Shown: positions 1 to 10,679 of the stretch, piece by piece | How positions within the stretch are numbered: position 1 is the stretch's first letter | How the letters are laid out: every line of letters begins with the position of its first letter | From: Ministeria vibrans ATCC 50519 | Taxonomy: Eukaryota > Protista > Filasterea | Direction: 5' to 3' | DNA length: 50,356 bases | NCBI GenBank assembly: GCA_943704425.1 | Contig: CALSCP010000985.1 | Location: 1 to 50,356 of the forward strand | Notes under the pieces: generated by a model | Told to the model about the DNA's origin: nothing | Databases searched by the model: none | What the model saw: the letters and a program-made list of their open reading frames with translations, nothing else | Program-made: the position numbers and the translations under genes

Positions 1-107
<107 letters not shown>

Positions 108-133
108 CACTAAAGTTATTGAGGCAGACATAC

Positions 134-862
134 GTATGGGACTGAGTGTGGCTGAGATGGTATAGGATGCAGAAGTGGACGCAGAGCGGATGGTCGACGA
201 AACAAGAGTGTTGCCAGAGGATGCTTGTGTGGCGGTGGTGAGGGGCAGTGAAAGGGCATTGTCTGCGCGTAGTTGCATGGCACGGTTGTACGCGGGAGCA
301 TTGCTGAGGGCAAGAATGTTGCTTGCGTGTTCGTCTGTGGCTGCGGTGGTGCTCGTGCTGACTGTAGGGTTAGGGTTGAAGGTGGAGATGTTTTTCTTGG
401 TGGTGGTGGTGGTAGTGGTGGTGGTGGTGGTGGTGGACAGTGTGGAGGTTGTAGCGGTTGTGCGGGGCAGCACAATACGACCGTGCACGAGAGTACCGCG
501 TCCGCTTGCTTTGTCTTCGGGCACGAGTGTGCTGTCTTTGATGCGTGTGGTGTATTCATTCAGGGCGCCGTTCCCATTGAAGACGCGCAGACCAAGACGC
601 TCGACGACACTTGAGCTATGGAACAGCTCGATGACAGAATCATCAGTGTTGATCTCACTGGAGTCGGGTGGGAGCCACGTGAGCGGCACTTTGGTCTGTA
701 TGACGCGCACAACCAAATCGGGATCGTGCAAAACTTGCTCGCACGACACCGTACGCATGTTTGCTGCTTGCGCGTGTTGAAGATGAGACTCAGACCGATA
801 TACATACACTGATCCCTGCGTGCAAAATACATGAGTTCTCTCTCTCTCTCTATCACTTTGTT

Positions 863-955
<93 letters not shown>

Positions 956-2020
956 CTCTCTATCTTCAACGGCTATTCTTCGCACCTTGTGAGTAAGAGA
1001 AAGACAATGTGCACGCTGAGCAAAGGGAATGGGAAATGCAGTGCCGAGTTGCGAGGAAATGTGCTGGATGGGATCGGAAAGATTGGCATGGACAAGAAAG
1101 AGGGGAAGGGACGGGAGGAGGGCCGCAAGCTGCTGCATAATGTCGACAGAGGAGGCGCAAAAGACACTGTAGTCGGCCACGTGGTGCATGTCGTCGTTGT
1201 CGGTGACGCACAGAACACGGCCCAGTGGGAATTCGGTGGTCCACAGACGGATAAACTTGGCAATGCCGTTACGGAGGGCGATGGAGGCGCCGGCGGCAGG
1301 TGGCACGACGAGCGCTGTCAGTTGGATGAAGAGCGCTGGGAAGCAGAGAGACGTGCTCGATTGGGGCAACTGAAGCGGGAGGCGGACCTGACGAAGAGAG
1401 CGAAACACAATTTCGTCGACGTTGGGTACGGCGACGGTGCAATGTTCACGCGTGAACCAGCGTCCCAAGACGGGAACAAACCAGTTCGCCTGGAGCCCTG
1501 ATGGCAAAGAAGCTGTTGGTTCGGATGCCACCACATGCTCGGCCAGGTACCATTGGCGCGCCCAATGACACTGTTTGGCGCCGCCGACGGGATCGACCCA
1601 GACGCACGACGGAGACGCACTATCCAGACGACCACTGAGCTTCTCACAAATTATCTTCGCAATCATCTTGAGCTGCTCGCTCTGCGTCACATAGCTGCAC
1701 TCAATCACGCTGTCGCGATTGATACGCTTGCACAGTTGGAGAATTGCCTGGAACGAGAGGGAGAGAGGAGTTTGTGTTTGACAGGTCGCGACGCTTTTTG
1801 CTCGAAACGAACCTGACGCAGGCCCAGGTTGTTCTCTTGCTTCGGCCTGTCGCCATTGAGTAACTGGAAGTGTCGATACTCGGTCCGGCAGTACTGAGAT
1901 TTGCCCTGGAACAGACAAAACGCGCGATTGAGTGGCGAGATCAGTCTTTGACAGGTGCACCCCTCAATGCCATACCGAGCAAGGCGGGCCACAGACGAGC
2001 ACAACTCGCAGCCGGTCCAT
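134..2020 (-). CDS. P-loop (AAA_33/PNK-like) kinase followed by a degenerate HAD-like domain and a Thr/Ser-rich region; 3' end runs out of the window
   Basis: Exons 2020-1976, 1905-1813, 1747-986 and 815-134 join in frame across GT-AG introns. They give MDRLRVVLVCGPPCS|GKSQY (Walker A split by an intron) and later HAD-like segments PALFIQLTALV, LRNGIAKFIRLW, GRVLCVTD and SVYVYRSESHLQHAQAANMRTV. Confidence 0.7.
836..966. repeat. (TC)n microsatellite with one CTATCACTTTGTTTCT minisatellite unit (intronic)
   Basis: Seen directly; lies in intron 985-816 of the minus-strand gene. Confidence 0.9.
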
Positions 2021-2187
2021 GCAAAACACACGACTTGTCGACGGGCAAACAAGTCAAGAAGAGTGCCGAGGGGCAGGAACAAGTGTGATTTGAACTTTGA
2101 AATTTGATCTGCCAGAGTGAAACGTCAATCATAAAAATAATAACACCTAAAAAGACATTTTTTTATTTTTTAACTGCGCTGCTCGCC

Positions 2188-5100
2188 ATGCGTTGGCAAT
2201 CATTGGTAGCGTTCGTGTCCATTGCGGTGGTTGGCGCACTGGCTCTGCCCGTGAGCGATCAACAAAATGCCAATGAAAATAACGACAACACTTCCGCAAG
2301 TGACCCGGCCACGCCCCACTCGCGTGCACGTCGCATCATTCCGGCGCCCCGCTACGAGGGCAACGGAACAGTCATTCGAATTTGGGTATATTTGAAGAAC
2401 CAAAAAAAACAAAAATTATTCTAAAAACGTTTTCAACGATACTGAGAGCTCTCTTGCTCGTGTGCCCGTGACCATGTGTCCCCTCCGTTTGAAGCACGCT
2501 CAATGTGTTACATGCGCGCCGCGTTGGTTGGTTCGCTTTCGCGTTTGTTCTCACGTCAAAAAAAAAAAAAAAAAAAAAAGCCGAAAACGAACTGTACAGT
2601 TTAATCACTTCACATCGCACTCTTTGCCCTTTGCCGTGCCACGTGCGCACCTGTATTGGATTTTCCGGGGCTGTCGCGCAGTCGTGGACGGCTGCAGCTG
2701 CCCCAGACATCCTTTATTGTGTTTGGAGGTACACTCTCACTCAACTCCCATCACTCTCTGTTTTCTCTCGCACATTTTCAGATGGAGGAGCTCCTCTTTG
2801 CCATTCGGCGCGATACTCCCCGCCCCACTGTCCACGCACGCAACCAATACCATGTCACGCTGGTAAGCTCCTTCGAAACGCCGCCAAAGTGCTTGTTTTG
2901 ATCACGATTTTGGTATTTTGCGCTCAGGCTTGTTGGGACGCATTTGCCATTGTCCGTGACGACGTACGACTCGCTGTCATGACCGAACGGGATCGTCAAC
3001 ATGTGCGTGGACACATTGCGAGCATGAGTGCCGACGAGGTGGCCGCCTATGTCAACGAAACAGTGAGTCATGCAGCGTTTACTCTGCTCTCAGCGCGCTT
3101 CGACCAGAGTGCGGGCCGTGCCGAGCAACTGGCATCGTTCCAGCAACGCATGACCGAACTTGGCTACAACTTTGTTAATACGGCGACGACGGGTTACAGC
3201 GCGGCGGCGCTCGGTAACCGCATCGGCACGACTGTCGAGCAACGCTTTCTTCACGACGGTGCCAACGAACACAACGATTACGCTGCCAACAATGGCTACA
3301 CGCCCGTCAACAGTCCGCTCATTGTGGACGGTCTTGGCGTTGGCGACACCGTTGTCGATCCCAACCGTTGGCAGTCGCTGGCGCTCGACTCCTTTGTCAC
3401 GCAAAACGGCATTGTTCTGGGCGACGTGCCTGATTTTGTGGGTCCGCACTGGGGCGGTGTGAAGCCGTTTGGAATGCGCTCGACCGATCGCAGCTCGCGG
3501 GGCGTCTACTTTGATCCCGGTCCGCCACCCTACCTTAACGGCACGGGTCACAACGAGTTTATTCAGGACGTCATCACCGTCCTGCGCTTCTCTGCCTTGC
3601 TTGATCCCACGTTCAACACCACCCTTGACATCAGCCCCGCCTCGATCGGCAACAACACGCTGGGTGTGTCTCCGAGCGACGGTACCGGTTGGTCCGTGAA
3701 CCCCGTCACGGGTGCTCCGTATGCTCATCAGGTGCATAAATTAGGCGACTACGGTCGTATTCTCGCCGAGTACTGGGCCGACGGTCTCGACAGCGAGACA
3801 CCGCCGGGCCACTGGAACACGCTTGTGGGGTTTTTAACAGACCATGAGGATGTGGAATTGCGCTACGAGGGCAAAGGACCCCTGTTGGATCCGCTCGAGT
3901 GGGACGCCAAGCTGTACCTGGCGCTTGCGGGAGCCATGCATGACGCTGCAGTTGCCGCATGGGGCTGCAAGGGGCACTACGACTATGTGCGACCCATCAC
4001 GGCCGTCCGCTACACTACGTCGCCCGCCGTCTTTGGCACGAACATGCAGTTGCCCGAGGTGCCGGGTCTCATTGAGTTTATCACGGCTGAGTCGGCGGCC
4101 TTTGGCGAGCGCCACTACCTCCTGCGCTTCAGCATGGGCCGCATGGCCTGCTTCGCCTACAACGGCCCCCCCAGCCAGGATCACCAACCTCCCGCTGGTG
4201 TCGGCTGGATTCTCTGCGAGCGCTGGACCAGCTACCAGCGTCCCAACTTTGTCACCCCTCCCTTTGCCGGTTACGTCTCAGGTACCTGTTTCCTTCATAT
4301 TTTCTAATTTGACGTTTTTTATTCTTCTTGATCTAAATTCCCATTGTCTTATTTCCATTGTTACTCTCTTATCGTTTGTTTCTGTGTATCTCTCTCTTTT
4401 TTTCTCTCTCTGTTGTGATGGCATTTAGGACACTCGACATTTTCGCGAGCGGGTGCGTATGTGCTCCACCAGTTTACTGGCTCTGCGACGTGGCCCGGCG
4501 GCCTCGGACGACTTTCCGTGCCTAAAGACCACTTTCTTGAGTTTGAGACGGGACCCAGTGAGGATATGGAGCTGCGATGGAGCACGTTTTACGACTCGGC
4601 CGACGAAGCGGGCGTGTCGCGCATTTATGGTGGTATTCATTCAACTGCCGACGACTCCAAAGGGCGCATTATGGGCCAGAGTGTGGGCGAGCGCTCGATG
4701 GAGATGGCTCGCTTCTTTTACACGAAACCCTGCTCGATCTTTTGCACGCCTCTCTTGGCCAACGGTGTTTGCGATGCGCAGTGCAACGTGACCGAGTGCT
4801 CGTGGGATCTCGGTGATTGTGTTGTGGCGCATCAACAGGCGTCGTTCGTCTTTGATGTGTCCAAGTCAACCGAGACAACGCACACCGAAAGTGGACTGGG
4901 TTTCAGTATTGTGGTAGGCAACGCGACGGCCGCGTGTAATGGCGCCGCCTGCCCAACGGTGACCGTGCGGCAATTGGACCCGTCCACTTTGCCGGTGGCA
5001 CTGAATTCGTCTGTGAGCGCTCGCAGTCGTTTCTACGAGGTCACGCCACACGGTGTGACCTTTGCCGAACTGCTCGAGCTGCGTGTTGACGTTGTGGAGT

Positions 5101-6389
5101 TGTCGGGCGAAAATCTGCAGCTGTGGCGTTTGGCGTCACCGTCGGCCAGCCAATGGGAGATTGTCGCGGGGGTAGAGGCCCTGGGTGGCAAGTTGATGGG
5201 GCATGTGAACACTTTTAGTTACTTTGTGGCGGCCACCGACAGTGCTCAGACGCCCGCTGCGCTCTGTGACTCGAATCCGTGTGGCAATGGAGCAACCTGT
5301 GCCGACGATGGTGTCACGTACACGTGTACGTGTCCCGCCGGGATCACAGGCACTCTGTGTGATACAGATATTCTCGAGTGTGTGTCGTCGCCGTGCATGA
5401 ACGGCGCATCCTGTGTGGAAGGCACCAATTCGTTTGTGTGCATGTGTGTGGAGGGTATGACCGGTGATTTGTGTGAGTCGGACACGGACGAGTGTGCCTC
5501 CTCGCCATGTGTAAATGGCGGCACTTGTACTACACCTTCGTTGGGTGTATATGCGTGTCAGTGCATGCCAGGTTTCACCAGTGAGATGTGTCAAGAGAAC
5601 TTCAACGAGTGTGTTTCGTCGCCGTGTGAAAATGGCGCGACGTGTGTCGACGCTGTCAACGGTTACACTTGTACGTGTGTTGCGGGCTTTGCAGGCCCAT
5701 CGTGTGCCACCAACACCAACGAATGTGTGTCGTCACCCTGTCAAAATGGTGCGACGTGCATCGACCAGCTTGGCATGTTTACGTGCACTTGTGTTGCCGG
5801 CTACACGGACGCAGTGTGCTCGAGCGACATTGACGAGTGCGCGTCGAATCCGTGCGGAGCCGGTGGAACGTGCACGACTGCGGGTGGCGTTGGTTCGTTC
5901 GTGTGCACGTGTCCATCGGGCATGACGGGCGTACAATGTCTACAGGCGGTGAACGAGTGTGCGTCTTCACCGTGTCAGAATGGCGCCTCGTGTGTCGACC
6001 AAGCCGACGGCTTTGCATGTACGTGTGCCAGTGGTTTTTCTGGCGTCACCTGTGCTTCGGACATGGACGAGTGCGCGTCGTCGCCGTGCCTCAATGGTGG
6101 CACCTGCACCGACCAAGTGGATGCGTTTGTATGTACATGTACCGCTGGTCTCACCGGTCCCGCGTGCGGTGTGCTAGTGGTAACGAATCATCTGTCGCTG
6201 TCCAAGACCGCTTGGATTGCGCTGTGGGTGTCGCTCATCTGCGGCGGCTCCCTACTTCTGTTTGTTATTGTCTCCTTCCGCTTTGGTGGGGTCGACGGCG
6301 ACGACGAGCGCGATCCCGAAACCAAAGCAGAGAGCCGGTCGACGGTCAACATGATCGACAACGAAGCGGCGGCCACCACCCACGTCTAA
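2188..6389 (+). CDS. Type I membrane protein: signal peptide, vanadium-dependent haloperoxidase (PAP2 superfamily) domain, LNR repeat, ZU5-like domain, 8 EGF repeats, TM helix and short tail
   Basis: Exons 2188-2385, 2782-2862, 2928-4281 and 4429-6389 splice in frame. Motifs: signal MRWQSLVAFVSIAVVGALA; W|MEELLFAIRRDTPRPTVHARN; WGCKGHYDYVRP; PPFAGYVSG|HSTFSRA; SRIYGGIH; LNR CTPLLANGVCDAQCNVTECSWDLGDC; ZU5-like FYEVTPHGVTF...NTFSYFV; 8 EGF repeats; TM AWIALWVSLICGGSLLLFVIVSF; C-terminus ATTHV. Confidence 0.88.
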
Positions 6390-6597
6390 TTCTCATTGTT
6401 ACTTCAAAATTTTAGTACATTTTTTATATTATAGTATGGTTTATACTTCCGTTCGAACGTAAATGAGAGAAAAAAGGAGAAGAAAAAGAGAGAGACTCAG
6501 ATTATGATGGGTTACAAAAACAAGATTTTTATTCAGTTCTAGTGCGCAGCACATAGAATTAATTGATAGAATTGTGTGCTTATTTGGCGTGTGGCAC

Positions 6598-6806
6598 TCT
6601 TCTCTCTATCACTTTCTCTATTTGGTTCTCTCCCTCTTCTCTCTATCACTTTGTTTCTCCCTCCTCTCTCTCGATCACTTTGTTTCTCCCTCCTATCTCT
6701 CTATCACTTTGTTTCTCCCTCCTCTCTCTCTATCACTTTGTTTCTCCCTCCTCTCTCTATCACTTTGTTTCTCCCTCCTCTCTCTCTATCACTTTGTTTC
6801 TTTCTC

Positions 6807-6893
<87 letters not shown>
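6598..6893. repeat. Minisatellite (unit ~CTCTCTCTATCACTTTGTTTCTCCCTC) grading into (TC)n
   Basis: About 7 imperfect copies between two convergent 3' ends. Confidence 0.9.
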
Positions 6894-6896
<3 letters not shown>

Positions 6897-8737
6897 CAAT
6901 CTTCGTCGTCATTCCAGCCCTCAGCAACCACATTGGGCTTCACGGGTGACAATGGAGCGCGTTGCGTGGCAGAGTGGCCGCCGGACGCAGCAGAGTGCGC
7001 GCCAATAGCAACGTCGTTCCAACCGTCTTCCTCGTCGTCATCATGTGACTGTACCGATCCCCCATACGCTGTTGCTGCGGTAGCGGTCGTGCCACTGCCT
7101 GTGCTCCGCACTGGCTTCCATGACTCCCAGTCCTCGCCCTCCTCATTTGAACGTGCTCCTTCTTCCCGTCTCCCCATGTCCCTTCCCTCGCTCAGTCGAC
7201 GCGCCTTCTCTTCCTGTGTCAGCATTTTCCACCCTTCTTCTCCCGCAGAGCTCACTTTGGCCGCCAGCTTTGTCATTCCTTGAGTCACTTCGTCTAAAAG
7301 TGTTCCATTTGCCACCTACGAATAGTTTTTGTTTTAGTTTTCATTTTCTATTTTTTATATATAAAAAAGTTGGTGCGTCTCGTCGGACCTTTTCCTTTGT
7401 GGGCTGAATCACGGCGTCATCAAGATCCTTGGCCAGCTCCCCTGCCTTGGCCGAGACGGTCGCTGATATTGCCTTGGCAGCTGAAATTAAGACAAAAGGC
7501 ACATAGTCAATATCAAGACTAGTTAATTGCATCCATTGCAAGTGCAATGAAGGCGATTGAGCGTTACATTCGGTGAATGCGCTCCAGCCCCAACTAAGAC
7601 TTGCAAGAGCGTCTTCAACCATGCGATCTGTCGACTTGTCACCACTGTCACCGCTGCCACCACTCGAGCCAAACCCAACGTACTTGCCCCCTTGGCTGGG
7701 CGGAACATTACTACACACAGAAACACACATTAGTAGGCGTATGGCACATACCCTTTCACTACCTTGAGCGAGACTCGTTTTGAGCCTGCAGGCGTGCAAA
7801 ATAGCTGTCCTTATTGGCGGCCGAGGCGCGCATCTCGGGAGTCATCACTGCACCGTCGCTGCTCATACTACTCATTACAACGCTATTGCTCAAACTGTTA
7901 CTACTAGCACTGCGCTGGGCATGTGCGGGTCGTTCGGGCCGTCGCCACGATCGCCCCTGCGAAACAGCGTCGAGCTGTGGCCACAGGACAAAGTGATTGG
8001 TCAGAAGTGCGTGCGGACGTGCTCTTCTCTTTACCTTTTCGCGATACGTCGACGCTGTCCAAGTGCTATACTTACTAGGCAACGACATGCCCTTGGAGAT
8101 GTCCGGCTGGCCTTCAAAAAACTGCTTGGCTGCCTCATTGCCGCCCACCTGTAAAAAAAAAAGAAAAAAAATCATAATAGAATAATTATGGAAGTCAGAA
8201 TAATTATTATCATCATCATCTTCATAATTATCATCAGCACTCGTCTCTTTTTTTTTTGACTGTCTCGACACGAACCTTCATGCGCGCGAGCTGGGCGTCA
8301 GTCCACTTGTCCATGCGCACGGACCGGACAAATCTGGAACGGGGGAGGCGGGTCAGCGACAAGGCGGGCGCACGAGAGGCCGTGATGCGGCGGGTGGGCG
8401 CGTCGATGGAAAACGGGAAAGGGACAAGAAGAAACGTCAAAAAAAAAAAAAAAAAAAAAAAGGGNNNNNNNNNNCGACCAAGACACCACCGCACCCTTTT
8501 GAGAATCAATCCCAAATCAAGATGGCTACCGTGTCGGGGAATGGAATGGAAAATGAATGGAATGTACGAAATATGGGTGCCCATGGATCGATGGGTGCCG
8601 GAGCACTGTAGGCAGATGAAGGTGGCGTGGCTCAGCGAGACCCAGTTGGGGTTGCGTTCGCCGCAGTCGAAGCAGAGCTTGTTTGCCGGCTGTGCCTGCA
8701 TGGGCTCCAGCACCTTCAGTGCTTCAGGCGAGGCCAT
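6893..8737 (-). CDS. ARFGAP1: ADP-ribosylation factor GTPase-activating protein 1 (ArfGAP1/Gcs1 family), multi-exon
   Basis: MASPEALKVL...ANKLCFDCGERNPNWVSLSHATFICLQCSGTHRSMGTHIS zinc finger with catalytic Arg; FVRSVRMDKW; GGNEAAKQFF; YFARLQAQNESR; PPSQGGKYVGFGS; ALPS-like ALASLSWGWSAF; acidic Trp C-terminus EGWNDDEDW. Confidence 0.92.
8465..8474. other. Assembly gap (10 N) in an ArfGAP intron
   Basis: N run. Confidence 0.99.
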
Positions 8738-9048
8738 GTTGACGGAGTTGTGCACAGGTAGAAACTACAATATTTAAATGAGATTATGAGAGTGAATGAG
8801 TGATGAGACTTAATGATTGATGTCTGATTGATTCATTTATGATTCGATGTGGGGTTAAGCGGGTTGATTTGATTGAACCTCTCTGATCCCTCTCTCTTTG
8901 ACAGTCAGTTTCTTTACTCTCGTATAACGTTACGGTGCTCGCTTGGAGGGAGAGCTTCTTTTTTTTTTGTGTCATAACGATTGTTGTATTAGGGTGATTG
9001 AATCATTACGTCTTAAAAATTTTCAATTTATTATTATTTTCTTCCACT

Positions 9049-10640
9049 ATGGGCAAATTGTGGATCCCAGTTGTGGTAGTCGCCGTAGCAGTGGGCATTG
9101 CCTTCTACTCGGGTGGATTCGACGGCCTGTCGTTGCCCGAAATGGACGTTTCCGTCGTGCAACGCGATGTGGAGACTTCCGCCGCCGCTGCAAGCGATCT
9201 GCCTGCTACCGGCTCGCCCAAGACGGCCACTGTTGCCCAAGCGACGCCCACGGCACGTCCCGAGCCACCGGCACCGACCGTAGCGGACGAGACGGCGGCA
9301 GACGAGCGCAGCAACGCTCAGACGACGCCCACGCCGACAACAGCACCGCCCGCTGAACAGAGCGCCCCCAAACGCGAAAACGCCGCCATCGTCTTTCTTG
9401 TCAACACAAAGCGAGGCATGTGCTTCCGCAATCTTGAGAAATCGCTGCCTCTGCTCGACAAAAACTTCAACGATCAGTTTCACTATCCCGTCTTCATCTA
9501 CTACGACGAGCCCGACTTTGAACGTCCCGAGCGCCAGGCCAAAGTGCGCGCCCTCACCCGATCCACTATTACGTTTGTTCGCGTTGCCGACTTTCTCGAT
9601 CTTCCCAAAGGCTTTGCGGTGAGACGCGCGATCATCGCTCGGGGTGTGTGTGTGATTTGTGTGCTGACGTGCACTGTCGCATTGCTTTGTAGTTGACCGA
9701 CGCGAGCGAGTGGGCCTCCAACATTCAGCTTGGTTACCGTCAAATGTGTCGTTTCTGGTTCAAAAAGGTACGTCCCCCCTCCCTCTACGACCACAACAAT
9801 TAATCCATGCTGATGATTGCATACATCCATCTCTCAGATTTTCCACCGTCCCGAACTGGCCCACATTGATTACTACTGGCGGTTTGACGACGACTCGTTC
9901 CTGTTGGAGCCAGTCAAGTACGATGTGTTTGAGCTGATGCGCAAAGGAGGAATCCGCTATGGGTACCGCAGCGACGGATTCAAAGAGCAGAAACTGGTCA
10001 TTGAGGGACTGTGGCGTGTCATTGCCGCGTATGCCAAGAAGAAGAAGCTCAAGTTCAAGCAGGAGCCAGTGGAGGATCTGTCGCGTCTCATGGCAGCCAA
10101 GCCGTCCGAACGCGACCGCCTTGCCGATGTTCTTCCTATGCGCATTTACTATAACAACTTTGAGATTGTCGATGCAAACTACTGGCGCAACAACAAGGAC
10201 ATTATGGACTTCACTGACCACATTGACTCGGTAAGAAAGGAAAGGGCGAAAAGATGTTTTCCGGAATAGTATGTGTATTTTACTGTGAGCCAATAAGAAA
10301 GAAGGAACAAAGAAAGGAGAGAGAGCTACTCACTCACTCACCTGCGTGCGTACTACTTACTCACTTGGTCATTGTAGACACACGGCACTCTGAAGTACCG
10401 ATGGGGCGACGCTCCTTTGCGGTGGGTTACAGTTCAAATGTTCCTCACAAAGAAACAGGTGCAAACAATATAATTATTTGCGTTTCTTTTTTTGCTCTTC
10501 TAAATCGCTCCCTCTCGCACTCTCTCTAGATTCACTGTTTCTCTGACATGGACTATCATCACAAAGTGTTTATGCGCGCGCGAAACTGTCGCGAATTCAC
10601 CAATGACGATCCCAAGAACCCCAAACCAAAGAAGCCGTAA
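9049..10640 (+). CDS. Golgi alpha-1,2-mannosyltransferase, GT15 (KRE2/KTR) family, type II membrane protein
   Basis: N-terminal TM, Pro/Thr/Ala stem, RENAAIVFLV, FNDQFHYPVFIY, GYRQMCRFW, YYWRFDDDSFLLEPVKYDVF, YYNNFEI and YRWGDAPLR across five exons; stop TAA at 10638-10640. Confidence 0.88.
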
Positions 10641-10679
10641 AATAACAACAATGATATTTTTTTTAAGAATTTATTTCGT

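Noticed and set aside
366-380. TAGGGTTAGGGTT telomere-like motif
   Set aside because: Only two units, and they encode NPNP within a coding exon.
175-780. 201-aa plus-strand ORF with poly-Val resembling a TM protein
   Set aside because: Antisense of the poly-Thr exon 4 of the minus-strand kinase gene.
4461-6389. Stand-alone Notch or Delta homologue
   Set aside because: No DSL, NOD, RAM or intracellular ankyrin domain, and the ORF is the last exon of the haloperoxidase gene. The ankyrin gene at 18.9-22.3 kb is separate and inversin-like.
6563-7283. Leu/Ser-rich ORFs, and a CRISPR-like look of the periodic repeats here and at 17.4 kb
   Set aside because: These are translations of minisatellite and (TC)n DNA. 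There are no unique spacers or cas genes, and the context is eukaryotic.
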